DNA of 64,000 bases from Candidatus Saccharimonadota bacterium (GTDB lineage: Bacteria > Patescibacteriota > Saccharimonadia > CAILAD01 > BJGX01): contig JAXLZU010000001.1 of the NCBI GenBank assembly GCA_046350735.1, positions 204,530 to 268,529 of the forward strand. Direction: 5' to 3'. The notes beneath the pieces were generated by a model. That model was not told the DNA's origin, searched no databases, and saw only the letters and a program-made list of their open reading frames with translations. How positions within the stretch are numbered: the stretch's first letter is position 1; each line of letters starts with the position of its first letter. A program made the translations under genes and the position numbers. This document shows, one piece after another, positions 1 through 10,460 of the stretch.

Positions 1-13
1 CAGGAAACTATAA

Positions 14-1054
14 ATGAGTAAAGTTTTTGTTGGGCTTTCGGGTGGGGTAGATAGTGCAGTTGCCGCAGCGCTACTTAAAGAGCAAGGCTATGAAGTAACA
101 GGCGTTTACATGAAGAATTGGAGTCGGGATATCGCTGGGTTTCAATGCCCATGGCAAGAAGACTTGTCAACGGCTCGACTCGTGGCGGCACATTTGCAAA
201 TTCCTTTTAAGATTTATGATTTTGAAAAAGAATATTATGAGAGTGTTACACAGTACCTACTCGATACTTACAAGAAGGGACAAACACCAAATCCAGATGT
301 AATGTGTAATCAATCAATTAAGTTTGATGTATTTTACAAACAATGTCGCAGAGACGGTGCAGAGTTTATTGCTACCGGTCACTATGCAAGTATACAAGAT
401 GGGCAGTTACGTACTGCTGCCGACACAAGTAAAGATCAAACCTATTTTCTCTATCGAATGAATCCGAGAATAGCAAAGCATGTTATTTTTCCTCTTGGCC
501 GTCTAAAAAAGCTAGAGGTAAGAAAGCTAGCAAAGACATTTGCGCTCCCTAATTATAACCGACCAGATAGTCAGGGTTTGTGTTTTGTAGGCCCAGTGCC
601 AATGCGAGATTTTTTGAGTGAATTTATTCGACCCAAAGCCGGCAATATTGTAGATGAAACTGGAGAAAAAATCGGCCAACATAATGGGGCTTATGCATAT
701 ACTATTGGTCAACGTCATGGTCTCGGCATAGGCGGTGGCCAACCATACTTTGTTTATGCAATTGATACAAAGAAAAATATTGTGTACGTTACAAGTAATG
801 CAGAGTCAGATTTGCTAAATAAAACTGAGTTTGTAATACGTGACTGTGTTTGGTGGCAACAGCCAAAGCCTAGAGACAAAGGACTGAAAGTGCGAGTTAG
901 ATATCGAAGTAAGACTATCGCATGTACACTTACAGTACTTAATGACACTACTTGGAAAGTTGTATTAGATAGACCCGAGCGAGCGATAGCAGCCGGACAG
1001 TCGGCAGTTTTTTATAAAGGCAATAGTGTATTTGGTGGCGGTATTATCGGCTAA
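14..1054 (+). CDS. mnmA: tRNA 2-thiouridylase MnmA
   Basis: SGGVDS PP-loop, PNPDVMCN, ATGHYA, KDQTYFL, DSQGLCF, TIGQR motifs. Confidence 0.97.
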   Translation: MSKVFVGLSGGVDSAVAAALLKEQGYEVTGVYMKNWSRDIAGFQCPWQEDLSTARLVAAHLQIPFKIYDFEKEYYESVTQYLLDTYKKGQTPNPDVMCNQSIKFDVFYKQCRRDGAEFIATGHYASIQDGQLRTAADTSKDQTYFLYRMNPRIAKHVIFPLGRLKKLEVRKLAKTFALPNYNRPDSQGLCFVGPVPMRDFLSEFIRPKAGNIVDETGEKIGQHNGAYAYTIGQRHGLGIGGGQPYFVYAIDTKKNIVYVTSNAESDLLNKTEFVIRDCVWWQQPKPRDKGLKVRVRYRSKTIACTLTVLNDTTWKVVLDRPERAIAAGQSAVFYKGNSVFGGGIIG

Positions 1055-1104
1055 AAAGTCTATGCTCTTTTACTAAGCATAACCATTTGGCCTATAATAC
1101 TAGT

Positions 1105-1983
1105 ATGAAGACCAGTGATGTTCATACGCGTAATACTGAAGTGCAAGATAAGCTCGACGAAGCTAAGAGTGCTCAATTAACTGCCGATTTACAGAGGTTG
1201 GCAGGTGCTGTAGATACAGCAGATGACGGGCATAAAGATCCTAACAATGGCCCAAATAGTACCGAAAAAGAAAACAAAACCGAGACAGACCAACAGACCT
1301 TAATTGAAGATTTAAAGAAGTTAATTGAGCAAGAATTTGATCAATTGAGAAATGGTATCGAGCGTTACAAGTGGATGCAAAGAGATATAGAGGCGCATAT
1401 TCGCAATATGTTACATATAGTGCATGCCGAACATTCTAGAGATAGCCAAGTAGAGCGAATGGTAGCCCAGGTGGCAATAGATATTGCAGCCACAACTATT
1501 GGCGAAGACATGCAGGGATCGATTTCTCTGAAGGGCTATAGCGAGCAGTTTTTGGCCGAAGTTGACCAGCTTGGCGAAGTGTATCGTTCAAGAGAAGCTG
1601 AGATAGTTGATGCACTCGAGCAAAGCAAGACTGACGAACTTAGTGGTAAACGTGATGCATTTATTGATGAGTTGGTTCGTAAGCCACTAGAACATACAAA
1701 GAGCGCAATGTATTCGACAGATGCTGAGTTGATAAGACTTTTACAAGAGCAAAAACGTACCATTCGTGAAAACTTAAATGCGTTTCAGCAACTCCAGTAT
1801 TTTCAAACTGACGATGTCTGGCAAAACCCAGCTTATCGCTTGTTACAGGAATATTGCGATAAAGTAATTCAAGTTATTAATACCCAGCTGAATAATTTGT
1901 ATAGTCAAACAGAAAGTGATGAAAAGCAAATTGATGGTTTAGCTAGAGAATCGCTATTGGTAATACAAAAAGTGCAAAGCTAA
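1105..1983 (+). CDS. hypothetical helical/coiled-coil protein
   Basis: long ORF; ATG 1105 lies 6 nt after TATAAT (1093-1098); no recognised motif. Confidence 0.7.
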   Translation: MKTSDVHTRNTEVQDKLDEAKSAQLTADLQRLAGAVDTADDGHKDPNNGPNSTEKENKTETDQQTLIEDLKKLIEQEFDQLRNGIERYKWMQRDIEAHIRNMLHIVHAEHSRDSQVERMVAQVAIDIAATTIGEDMQGSISLKGYSEQFLAEVDQLGEVYRSREAEIVDALEQSKTDELSGKRDAFIDELVRKPLEHTKSAMYSTDAELIRLLQEQKRTIRENLNAFQQLQYFQTDDVWQNPAYRLLQEYCDKVIQVINTQLNNLYSQTESDEKQIDGLARESLLVIQKVQS

Positions 1984-1994
1984 AAACTACAAAG

Positions 1995-2660
1995 ATGAAA
2001 AAAGATACAACACCAGACAATCAAAATACTCAAGGAAAAACAGTTGCTATAGTGCTGCTAGTATTGTGTATTGTAGTTGCTTTAGTTCTGAGTTTTTTAG
2101 CATTTAGCTCGCGAGCGCAAGTATTGACTGAATTAAGCGATACACAAAACCAGCTACAAATATCGAGAGATCTTAATGCTCAATTACAAACTCAAGTAGA
2201 AACAATGCGCAGTGCAAATAATAATGCTCAGTATATACTTATTACTGATATGGGCGTGCGTATACCAAAAACAGCAGATTTACAGGATGTAGTAGTTGGC
2301 GTAGAGACGGTTGCTAACCCTAAGCAACCATTTGCGCATTTTACAAGTGCAGAGATTTTGGCAGCAGTAATGAGTAACCCTGCCGGACCATATAGTAGTA
2401 ATCAGTGTGCGCTGGGTGATAGTCCTCTAGGAGTAATTACACGGTACAGCTCTGGTAGTACTGTATATGGCAAAAAAGTAGAAACTATCTCTGATGCTAA
2501 CGTAAAAAAGATAGGTGATTATTACTTTGTATACTCTAACTCTGCCACTTCGTGCACAAGTAATAAGATAGTATCTGACTACATTACCGCACAGCAGCAA
2601 AAATTTGCAGCCGCCTTTGCAAATCTTGAAGCTATTACATCTTCTGTAAATACTCAATAA
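1995..2660 (+). CDS. membrane-anchored surface protein, paralog 1 of 4
   Basis: N-terminal TM, coiled coil, C-terminal domain with C..SPLG..VKKIG.YYFV..C. Confidence 0.8.
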   Translation: MKKDTTPDNQNTQGKTVAIVLLVLCIVVALVLSFLAFSSRAQVLTELSDTQNQLQISRDLNAQLQTQVETMRSANNNAQYILITDMGVRIPKTADLQDVVVGVETVANPKQPFAHFTSAEILAAVMSNPAGPYSSNQCALGDSPLGVITRYSSGSTVYGKKVETISDANVKKIGDYYFVYSNSATSCTSNKIVSDYITAQQQKFAAAFANLEAITSSVNTQ

Positions 2661-2702
2661 CGTGGTATAATAAGCACAAGAATTAAATAGGAAACCAGCG
2701 AT

Positions 2703-3389
2703 ATGGAACCCCAACAAGTACACCCACAAGCCTCAGGCCTCGAGCCTACTACACAAATGCCAGAATCTAACCCAATGCCACCTAAGAAAGGTGGTAAGGG
2801 CTGGATGATAGTGGCAATTCTTGCCATTATTATTCTTATAGTAGTAAGTGCATTTGGCTATTACAAATGGCAAGCGTATCGCACCAAGGTTGGTGATTTG
2901 GGTGCTCAAGTAAATGCTTTGCAAGCGCAGGTTGATACACTCACTGCTGCGGCAGCATCCACCACTGTCTTAAAGATAAGTGAATTTGGTGTGCAGATGA
3001 CCAAACCAACTGATGCCAAAGATGCCTATTATTATGTCTCGAAAAATGCCGAAGGCAACCAAGTTGCTTCGTTTACCTCGCCTGGTTTACAAAACTTGGC
3101 GGCCACCAACCCATCTACTCCTGCAGTTAGTAACGCATGTGGTCTCAATAGTGCCCCGCTTGGTACAATTACCCAAGTTAAGGCCGGAAGCCTTATTAAG
3201 GGTGTAAAAGTAGAAGATGTTAAGAGTAGCGATACTCTCATTGTGAAGAAGCAAGATGTTTATTACTACGTGTATACAGCACCAACAACACAATGTTCTA
3301 CAGTAAAGACAGTACAAGATTTGCAAACCAAACAAGCCAAATCGCTTCAAGAAAGCTTTAATACTAGCCTAGCAGTCTTGGCAAAATAA
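2703..3389 (+). CDS. membrane-anchored surface protein, paralog 2 of 4
   Basis: TM + coiled coil + ISEFGV..C..APLG..YYYV..CS domain. Confidence 0.8.
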   Translation: MEPQQVHPQASGLEPTTQMPESNPMPPKKGGKGWMIVAILAIIILIVVSAFGYYKWQAYRTKVGDLGAQVNALQAQVDTLTAAAASTTVLKISEFGVQMTKPTDAKDAYYYVSKNAEGNQVASFTSPGLQNLAATNPSTPAVSNACGLNSAPLGTITQVKAGSLIKGVKVEDVKSSDTLIVKKQDVYYYVYTAPTTQCSTVKTVQDLQTKQAKSLQESFNTSLAVLAK

Positions 3390-3400
3390 GTAGGTAACAA

Positions 3401-4000
3401 ATGAAAGATCAAAACCAAAACACACATCAACCAGTACATAATCCATCAAGTGATCATATTCAGCTTCCCAAAAGAGATAGAGCAAAAACCATTTGGATAG
3501 TAGTAGCAATTATTGCTATTGCAGCACTTATTGGCCTGGCAGCATTTGGATATGTAAAAGTAAAGAATCTCAACAAACAGATTAGCGACCAACAATCGCA
3601 GATAAATGAATTGAATAATACCAAGAAAACACTAGAAGATGCGGCAGCTGCAGCTGCAAGTGCTGCAGCCGCTGCAGCTACAAAAAGTGCTATAAATACT
3701 GTTACTACAAGCGGAACAACAGACACTGCGCTTATTGAAGCTACAAAAAATCATTACATGAGGAATCCTAATATAAAAACTGTAAATGCTACTGTTCAGG
3801 ACAAATCTGGTGATTTTGCGCATGTAAGTGTAAATTTTGGTGAACCAGGTACAAGCAGAACAGCTATTTTTAAAAAAGTGAATAATACTTGGCAGTATAT
3901 TTATGGTGGCACCCAGGCGCCTTGTTCTGATTATGCAGCACTATATGGTCTACCAAGTGGTTGGTATATGGTAGAAAAATGTACAACTACACCGGACTAG
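3401..4000 (+). CDS. membrane-anchored surface protein, paralog 3 of 4 (different C-terminal domain)
   Basis: TM + coiled coil nearly identical to 4065 gene, Ala linker, unrelated 2-Cys head. Confidence 0.8.
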   Translation: MKDQNQNTHQPVHNPSSDHIQLPKRDRAKTIWIVVAIIAIAALIGLAAFGYVKVKNLNKQISDQQSQINELNNTKKTLEDAAAAAASAAAAAATKSAINTVTTSGTTDTALIEATKNHYMRNPNIKTVNATVQDKSGDFAHVSVNFGEPGTSRTAIFKKVNNTWQYIYGGTQAPCSDYAALYGLPSGWYMVEKCTTTPD

Positions 4001-4064
4001 TTTCTATATCTATCTTTTGTTTTTCAAGAAAACTTAATTATTGTAATAATGAACTGGAGTAAAT

Positions 4065-4751
4065 ATGAAAGAAGAAAAAACAGAATTACAAACCGATGAA
4101 CATAATAGCTCAATGCCAAGCAAAAATAATGGCAAAATGATTTGGATAATTGTGGCGATAGTTGCAATTGTTGCACTACTTGGCTCAATAGCTTATGGCT
4201 ACATAAGCATGAAGAACCTCAACAAAAAGATTAGTGATCAACAAGCACAGATAAATGAGTTGAATAATACCAAGAAAACACTAGAAGATGCGGCAAAATC
4301 AGCTGCTTCAGGAGTTGCAAATGCGGTACTGGAAAATAAAGGTACAAGAAATATACCTGAGTTAGGTGTAAAGTATACTGTATCTAGCGATAATGCGAAT
4401 ACGACGTATGCATTTCAGACAGTAGGTGAAGAGAGTTCCAAAGCAATTGGTCTATCGACTACAGATCTAATGAGTACAAACGCAAATGTTATTGGTTCTA
4501 CTAGTGAAAATAAATGTAATGCATATGCAAGTCCTTTGGGCAGAATTATTATGTATAAACCAGGTGTAATTTTATTCGATAAAAAAGTCGAAGATCAAGT
4601 TGGTCCGAATGTGAAGAAAATTGGGAATAATTACTTCGTAAAACAGCCTGCACAATTTGTCTGTTCTGAGAATCCATCGGTTTTTTCACTTATTAAAACA
4701 TTGAATCCGAAAGTTTTAGATTCTATCTTCAATAGTTTACAGGCACAATGA
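4065..4751 (+). CDS. membrane-anchored surface protein, paralog 4 of 4
   Basis: TM + coiled coil + IPELGV..C..SPLG..VKKIGNNYFV..CS domain. Confidence 0.8.
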   Translation: MKEEKTELQTDEHNSSMPSKNNGKMIWIIVAIVAIVALLGSIAYGYISMKNLNKKISDQQAQINELNNTKKTLEDAAKSAASGVANAVLENKGTRNIPELGVKYTVSSDNANTTYAFQTVGEESSKAIGLSTTDLMSTNANVIGSTSENKCNAYASPLGRIIMYKPGVILFDKKVEDQVGPNVKKIGNNYFVKQPAQFVCSENPSVFSLIKTLNPKVLDSIFNSLQAQ

Positions 4752-4803
4752 ATATAAACTTAAAAGCTCGCTCTCTATCTGATTTCTTGCTATAATTACT
4801 GGC

Positions 4804-6627
4804 ATGACTACCAGTGAAATTCGTTCTAAATTCTTAGAATTCTTTAAAGAAAAAGATCATCAAATAATTCCATCAGCTCCAGTGGTGCCAGAACATGACC
4901 CGACCGTACTATTTACTACTGCCGGTATGCATCCGCTTGTGCCGTATCTTTTAGGTACACCACACCCTCAAGGTAGACGTTTGGCCGATGCCCAAAAATG
5001 TATTCGCACAACCGATATCGATGAGGTGGGTGACAATACGCATTTAACATTTTTTGAAATGTTAGGTAACTGGAGCCTGGGCGATTATTTTAAGAAAGAA
5101 TCAATTGCTTGGAGCTGGGAGTTTCTTACCAGCAAACGTTGGCTCGGTATTGATCCTCACAAACTCTATGTAACGGTATATGAGGGCGATGGTGAAGTGC
5201 CAAAAGATGAAGAATCTATTGCGCTATGGATAGAGCAATACAAATCTGCCGGTATAGATACTCAAGAAGGAGACAGGATTCTCGCACTTGGGCGAGAACA
5301 TAACTGGTGGGAGCAAGGCGGAGTGGCTACTGGCCCAGCCGGACCAGATACCGAAATATTTTATTATGTAGGCCAAGAAAAAGACCCTAAATTTAGTGAA
5401 GACAATGATGATTTTGTAGAGATTTGGAACAATGTGTTTATGGCGTATCAACGTCAGGCCGATGGCAGCTATAGTGAGCTAGAAAATAAGAATGTTGATA
5501 CTGGCATGGGCTTAGAACGAACCAGTTTTATCTTGCAGGGACTAAATAATGTGTACGACACAGATATGCTTTCTCAAATAAAATCGGCAGTACATAACTA
5601 TGCTGCCGAGGTTAGAGAGCCGAGTTTTGTGGCTACCCATCCAGACACGGCCGAGCGAGCTGAGAGAATTATTACTGACCATAGTAGAGCAATTACATTT
5701 ATGGCGGCTGACGGTGTTGTGCCAAGTAATAAAGACCAGGGCTATGTTATGCGACGTTTGGCACGCCGAGCTATTCGCGAGGCATTGGTAATAGGTATTC
5801 AGCACGATCTCTTTGCTCGAATTGTTCCACGTGTGGTTGCTCTCTACGAAGATGAGTATCCAGAGTTAGGAATCAATCAAATACAAATTATGGAAGTGCT
5901 CAAACGCGAAGAAAATGCGTTTAGGCAGACACTTACTCGAGGTCTAAAGGAATTCGAAAAACTTCTTACTAATAAAAAAGAACTTGATGGCCATACCGCT
6001 TTTACGCTATATGACACCTATGGTTTTCCAAAAGAACTCAGTCTTGAGGAAGCTAAGCGGATTAATCTTTCTATCTCAAAATTATTTGAGGCCGAGTTCG
6101 ATCAGCAATTAGAGGCCCAACGCAGTAGAAGTCGTAGTGCTACTGCTGGACAATTTAAAGGTGGGCTGGCCGATAATAGCGAAATTGCCACGCGCTACCA
6201 CACCGCAACACATTTAATGTATAAAGCTTTACGCAATGTGTTGGGTGACCATGTAATGCAGAGGGGAAGTAATATTACCGCCGAGCGTATGCGGTTTGAC
6301 TTTAGTCATGGCGAAAAAATGACGCCTGAGCAAATCAAACAAGTAGAAGATATGGTAAATGAGCAGATTGCCAAAGACCTACCAGTAACGTTTACCGAGA
6401 TGAACAAAGACAAGGCATTTGAGGCTGGAGCTCTGGGTGCCTTTGGTGAAAAATATCCAGATACAGTAAAGGTATATACTGTCGGTGATCCAGAAGGAGA
6501 TTATTACTCTAAAGAAATTTGTGGTGGCCCGCACGTAAGTAAAACGTCTGAGATAGGCAAGTTTAAGATAGTAAAAGAAGAGTCGAGCTCGGCCGGCGTA
6601 CGGCGTATAAAAGCAGTTATAGAATAG
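4804..6627 (+). CDS. alaS: alanine--tRNA ligase (short form without C-Ala domain)
   Basis: DPTVLFTTAGM, HLTFFEMLGNWS, DTGMGLER, editing HTATH and EICGGPH; ends at GVRRIKA. Confidence 0.97.
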   Translation: MTTSEIRSKFLEFFKEKDHQIIPSAPVVPEHDPTVLFTTAGMHPLVPYLLGTPHPQGRRLADAQKCIRTTDIDEVGDNTHLTFFEMLGNWSLGDYFKKESIAWSWEFLTSKRWLGIDPHKLYVTVYEGDGEVPKDEESIALWIEQYKSAGIDTQEGDRILALGREHNWWEQGGVATGPAGPDTEIFYYVGQEKDPKFSEDNDDFVEIWNNVFMAYQRQADGSYSELENKNVDTGMGLERTSFILQGLNNVYDTDMLSQIKSAVHNYAAEVREPSFVATHPDTAERAERIITDHSRAITFMAADGVVPSNKDQGYVMRRLARRAIREALVIGIQHDLFARIVPRVVALYEDEYPELGINQIQIMEVLKREENAFRQTLTRGLKEFEKLLTNKKELDGHTAFTLYDTYGFPKELSLEEAKRINLSISKLFEAEFDQQLEAQRSRSRSATAGQFKGGLADNSEIATRYHTATHLMYKALRNVLGDHVMQRGSNITAERMRFDFSHGEKMTPEQIKQVEDMVNEQIAKDLPVTFTEMNKDKAFEAGALGAFGEKYPDTVKVYTVGDPEGDYYSKEICGGPHVSKTSEIGKFKIVKEESSSAGVRRIKAVIE

Positions 6628-6642
6628 CTAATAAAATGAAGC

Positions 6643-6666
6643 GAGCCCCTGCGGATGCAGGGGCTC
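6643..6666. terminator. GC-rich hairpin between convergent genes
   Basis: GAGCCCCTGC-ggat-GCAGGGGCTC. Confidence 0.7.
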
Positions 6667-6698
6667 TGAGGTGGACGCCACGTCGGCGTTTGGTCGAG

Positions 6699-7175
6699 TC
6701 AGGGGAGAGGGAGACCGTACTGGAGTCCCTCGGTGCTGACGCAGGTGGCAGGGGCCGAATCCTGCCTTTCGAAGGGCACGGCCTCGAAGGAGGCGATGCC
6801 GAACGACTGCCCGTCGTCGCTGACCAGGACAGGGGCGGTGCACCTCTTCTGCTGCACCTCACCCTGGGTCCAGGTGGCGACGAGCTGATCACCCTTGTAG
6901 GTGACGCTCATCGACACGAGCGGCCCGACACCCGGGTCGGTGTCGTTGAAGCGTGCCCGGAGGACCGCTTCGGCCTTGACGCGTGTCATCTCCCTCTCTG
7001 CCTCGCCGTTGTCACCGCGCGAAGCGATGAAGGCGACGAGAGCCACGACGACCACCACGGCGGCGATGACGAGCACCCACGTGTTGCGGGTGTTCTTCTT
7101 CGCCTTGCCGCGCTGCGGCTCGGGCTTCGCCTTGGCGGGTGTAGGGCCGGTCGGCTGGTTGATGGTACTGGTCAC
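6699..7175 (-). CDS. high-GC membrane-anchored hypothetical protein (paralog of 7375-7941)
   Basis: GTG 7175 after AGAGG SD and TTGACT-17-TATAAT promoter; TM; CTAPV..DD..AVP.E..CV. Confidence 0.75.
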   Translation of the reverse strand: MTSTINQPTGPTPAKAKPEPQRGKAKKNTRNTWVLVIAAVVVVVALVAFIASRGDNGEAEREMTRVKAEAVLRARFNDTDPGVGPLVSMSVTYKGDQLVATWTQGEVQQKRCTAPVLVSDDGQSFGIASFEAVPFERQDSAPATCVSTEGLQYGLPLP

Positions 7176-7374
7176 TTCTGACCTCTTTCCTCTCGTTCTA
7201 CGATGGAACATTAGCATTATACGCCACAAACATAATAAAGTCAATACTTTTTGACAATTTATTTTAGCTAAATAAAGCAATAAAAAGATATTATTATCAG
7301 TACTATATTAACAATTATTAACAAATAAAATACCCACATCTCTTCGATGTGGGAAAATTGTTTATAGACTCTAT

Positions 7375-7941
7375 TTAATTAGCACCCAAACCTGCTAATG
7401 ATACTGTGGCTACACACTTATATCGAGAAGTTGCTAAGTTTTCGAGCGGAACCGCATCAACTCTATCTACCCAGTAGAGATTGTGTTGATCATCGGGTGG
7501 GTTAACCGGAGCGGTGCAATGAGCATTGCCCTGTGAGAAGCTTACTTCCATAGGGCTGCCAAAGGGATATTGTACCGTAACACTATCAATATCAACTTGG
7601 TTATTGCTTGGTAACTTCTGATTGAGAATAGTTGCGTAGGCTTTTAGCTCACGCTCAGCCGTAGTGCGGTCTAGCTCGTGACGATACGTCAACCATATCA
7701 AAGTAACAATGCCCACCAGTAAAAGTGTAATCAGAATAGAAATACCGGCTGTAACAAAGCTAGAGCCTCTCTTTGCAGCCTTCTTGTTACTTGCAGAACT
7801 GGGTGTCTGGCTGGGCAAAACACCAAAATCACGTGCTTCCACGTGCTGGCGTGCCAACTCGCGCTCTTCATCGGTTAATAGTCGCCTACTTGCTTGCAGA
7901 CTATGCTGCTGAATATCAGCAACTGCTTGCTCTGTGCTCAT
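7375..7941 (-). CDS. membrane-anchored hypothetical protein
   Basis: TM; CTAPV..DD..AVP.E..CV; own TTGACA-17-TATTAT promoter. Confidence 0.75.
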   Translation of the reverse strand: MSTEQAVADIQQHSLQASRRLLTDEERELARQHVEARDFGVLPSQTPSSASNKKAAKRGSSFVTAGISILITLLLVGIVTLIWLTYRHELDRTTAERELKAYATILNQKLPSNNQVDIDSVTVQYPFGSPMEVSFSQGNAHCTAPVNPPDDQHNLYWVDRVDAVPLENLATSRYKCVATVSLAGLGAN

Positions 7942-8016
7942 GTTGTCAACCTTCTGGTAGGTGCAACCTACTCCGCCCGAATATAATAGTAGTAAGTCTA
8001 TGTTATGTCAAGCAGA

Positions 8017-9297
8017 CTATACCGAGAGAGTACGACTGAGTCGCTGTAAGATATTTTCGCCTACCGAGTCGCTACCAACAATATCGAGTGCCAAGTTGGC
8101 GAGCCCCATTGGTGTAATATCTTGTGGACTAGTAAGCTCGCCAGTACTATCAATTACCCTGTTTACTTCTTTGGGTTTTACAAAATCTACCGTCGGCTTG
8201 CGAGTAAAGGGCAGACCTTTATACCAATTTTCGTGCGTTAGGGCTTCTTTAATTTCTGGCAGTGCAGAGCCACCTCCACAGAGCAGAATACGATTTGGTA
8301 GGTGCTCTAAATTATCAAATTCACCAAGAGCCAACTCTACACCACTTATCCAGGTCTGAGCATCATTTTTTAGAGCTTCACTAACTTCTTTTTCTTTCTT
8401 AGCCTCTAGCTTGCCAGCAGAATGATCGAGCTTAAGTTTTTCGGCTGAATCGAATGTTATACCGAGGCTGGTTGCAATACGTTTGGTAAAGCTACGCCCC
8501 CCAATGGCAAACATCTGCGTGCCCTCGACGCCACCATTATTGACAACTGCTATATCGCTTGTACCGCCGCCAATATCAATAAATATAGCCGAAAACTCTG
8601 TACTGTCATCTGCACCAACACTTTTGGCTACAGCAAATGGCTCGGCTGCAATATTAACAAGGTTGAGATCTAAATCGGCTGCAACGGTTTGTAAGGCCCC
8701 CAAGTGCACCATTGGTGCAAAGGCGTTAAAAATTTGGATAGTAACGTCTTTACCCTGAAACCCAACTGGGTTAGTTACTCTATAACCATCAATATGCACA
8801 TCCACGACCGCCGCATTTACTAGCTTTACTTCTAGCTCTTTTTTGCCAGTTTCCCACATCAGCTGCTTGCGCACTTCTTCGTACGCTTGTTTTTGTATGC
8901 GCCCTATTATATCCATCATCTCGGCTTGGTCTATTTTTACATCTGGTCTAGCACGCCGATAACTCACACTAGTCGTACCACCTTTAACAAGCTCACCAGC
9001 AATACCAAGTACAGCGTCTTTGGCAACAATCTCGGCCATTTCTTCGGCTCTACGCAGGGCGGCATCGCAGTTTTCTACTACGCCGGCAATATCTGTTACA
9101 GCGCCACCTGCCATATCTGTTAGACGTTGTCGTTGACGGCCAACACCAATAACCTCTACTACTTGATAGGCTTTACCAGCAGAATCGGTATGTTCTTTTA
9201 CCTGGCCAATGAGTGCCTTGGCATATTCAGTGCCAATATCGAGCGCTACCAAATATTGGCCAGACTTTTTCTTTTTGGTAAATCCTGGCAATTTCAT
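8017..9297 (-). CDS. ftsA: FtsA-family actin-like ATPase
   Basis: ALDIGT, IDIGGGTSD, LCGGGS actin-fold motifs; HIDGYRVTNPVG; no ftsZ adjacent. Confidence 0.8.
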   Translation of the reverse strand: MKLPGFTKKKKSGQYLVALDIGTEYAKALIGQVKEHTDSAGKAYQVVEVIGVGRQRQRLTDMAGGAVTDIAGVVENCDAALRRAEEMAEIVAKDAVLGIAGELVKGGTTSVSYRRARPDVKIDQAEMMDIIGRIQKQAYEEVRKQLMWETGKKELEVKLVNAAVVDVHIDGYRVTNPVGFQGKDVTIQIFNAFAPMVHLGALQTVAADLDLNLVNIAAEPFAVAKSVGADDSTEFSAIFIDIGGGTSDIAVVNNGGVEGTQMFAIGGRSFTKRIATSLGITFDSAEKLKLDHSAGKLEAKKEKEVSEALKNDAQTWISGVELALGEFDNLEHLPNRILLCGGGSALPEIKEALTHENWYKGLPFTRKPTVDFVKPKEVNRVIDSTGELTSPQDITPMGLANLALDIVGSDSVGENILQRLSRTLSV

Positions 9298-9411
9298 AGA
9301 TATATTGTAGCGCTTATGCTGCTAGTTGACCAGTCGGGAAGGTTTTACACTTTGCTGTGTTTTTGATATAGTATGCGCGTATCTAGACCTGTCAAAGGGG
9401 GTAGAGGCACC

Positions 9412-10323
9412 TTGTCGAATCGGTCAACCTCACAATCTACCAGAATGCAGAGGCTGGTGTATTTTCCGAGCCTTCATGGCAAAGAAAGTACATTGGTAGT
9501 TCCGTTTAAGTTTATTTTCGAAGTAATTGCCAAACTTACAATTTGTTGGTGGGCGTTACCATTAACATGGGTAGGCGAGAAAACACGACAGAATTGGCTT
9601 GTAATACTTATTAAGCAGATCCCAAATGCGCTAAGCTTTGTACGTATTATTGTTACGCCCTACATCTGTGTAAGGCTGGTAATGTATATCGCTAACAATA
9701 ACCATAGTAGTGCAGAAAACTGGTTTTTCTTGTTAATGTTGGTTATTAGTCTCGATGCACTTGATGGCCCCGCTGCCCGCGACCTCGATGCAGTGAGCGA
9801 GTTTGGAGCGCGGCTTGACCCTGCGAGCGATAAGTTTTGCTTTACCTTAATTGTACTGAGCTATTGTGTCGCTAGCTTGTTTGAATACAGTGTGGCATTT
9901 TGCGCCGTGGCAATTGGCCTGGCTCTGTGGTGTTTGCATGTAGAACTAAAGCTTATTAGGCTCTCAGTTGGGCCATTTAGACGTTTGTTGATAGTTCTCA
10001 AAAGCTACGATCCTGAATTTTCCGACCCAGGAGCGTTTATCTCGGGTAAGATTAAATTCAATCTTCAGGTTGCTGCCTGTGCTATTGGCTGGGCTGGTCT
10101 TATCTGGTTTCCGGCAGACCCGACAGCCATCTTACTGATGGTGATTATCTTGTTTGCTGCTCGTAGCTTTGGTGACAAGTCGCTAGGTATGCACAGGCAA
10201 GAATTTGCGTGGTTGGCAGTGGTAGCAATAATTTTGCAAAACTCGACTGGTTTAAAAGAAATAACTTCTACCGACTCAGATGAGCCGCCAGGCAACGTGT
10301 ATCCAATTCGTAAGCCTGCTTGA
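9412..10323 (+). CDS. CDP-alcohol phosphatidyltransferase family protein
   Basis: IPNALSFVR and DALDGPAAR..G..LDP.SD signature; start uncertain (TTG 9412 after GGGGG). Confidence 0.85.
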   Translation: MSNRSTSQSTRMQRLVYFPSLHGKESTLVVPFKFIFEVIAKLTICWWALPLTWVGEKTRQNWLVILIKQIPNALSFVRIIVTPYICVRLVMYIANNNHSSAENWFFLLMLVISLDALDGPAARDLDAVSEFGARLDPASDKFCFTLIVLSYCVASLFEYSVAFCAVAIGLALWCLHVELKLIRLSVGPFRRLLIVLKSYDPEFSDPGAFISGKIKFNLQVAACAIGWAGLIWFPADPTAILLMVIILFAARSFGDKSLGMHRQEFAWLAVVAIILQNSTGLKEITSTDSDEPPGNVYPIRKPA

Positions 10324-10331
10324 GGCCTATT

Positions 10332-10360
10332 ACTCCGAGAACATCTCGGAGTTTTTATTT
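10332..10360 (+). terminator. intrinsic terminator
   Basis: ACTCCGAGA-aca-TCTCGGAGT-TTTT. Confidence 0.8.
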
Positions 10361-10460
10361 ATGCCTCTTTTTTTACGTCACATCAAAATGCTCAAGCTAG
10401 TTATTTTGCGTAGGATAGTCTCTGCAAGCGTAAGACGTTTGCGCTATAATAAATATAACT

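Noticed and set aside
6636-7254. Plus-strand ORFs 6636-7181 and 6901-7254
   Set aside because: Shadows of the high-GC minus-strand gene, which has the promoter, SD and a paralog
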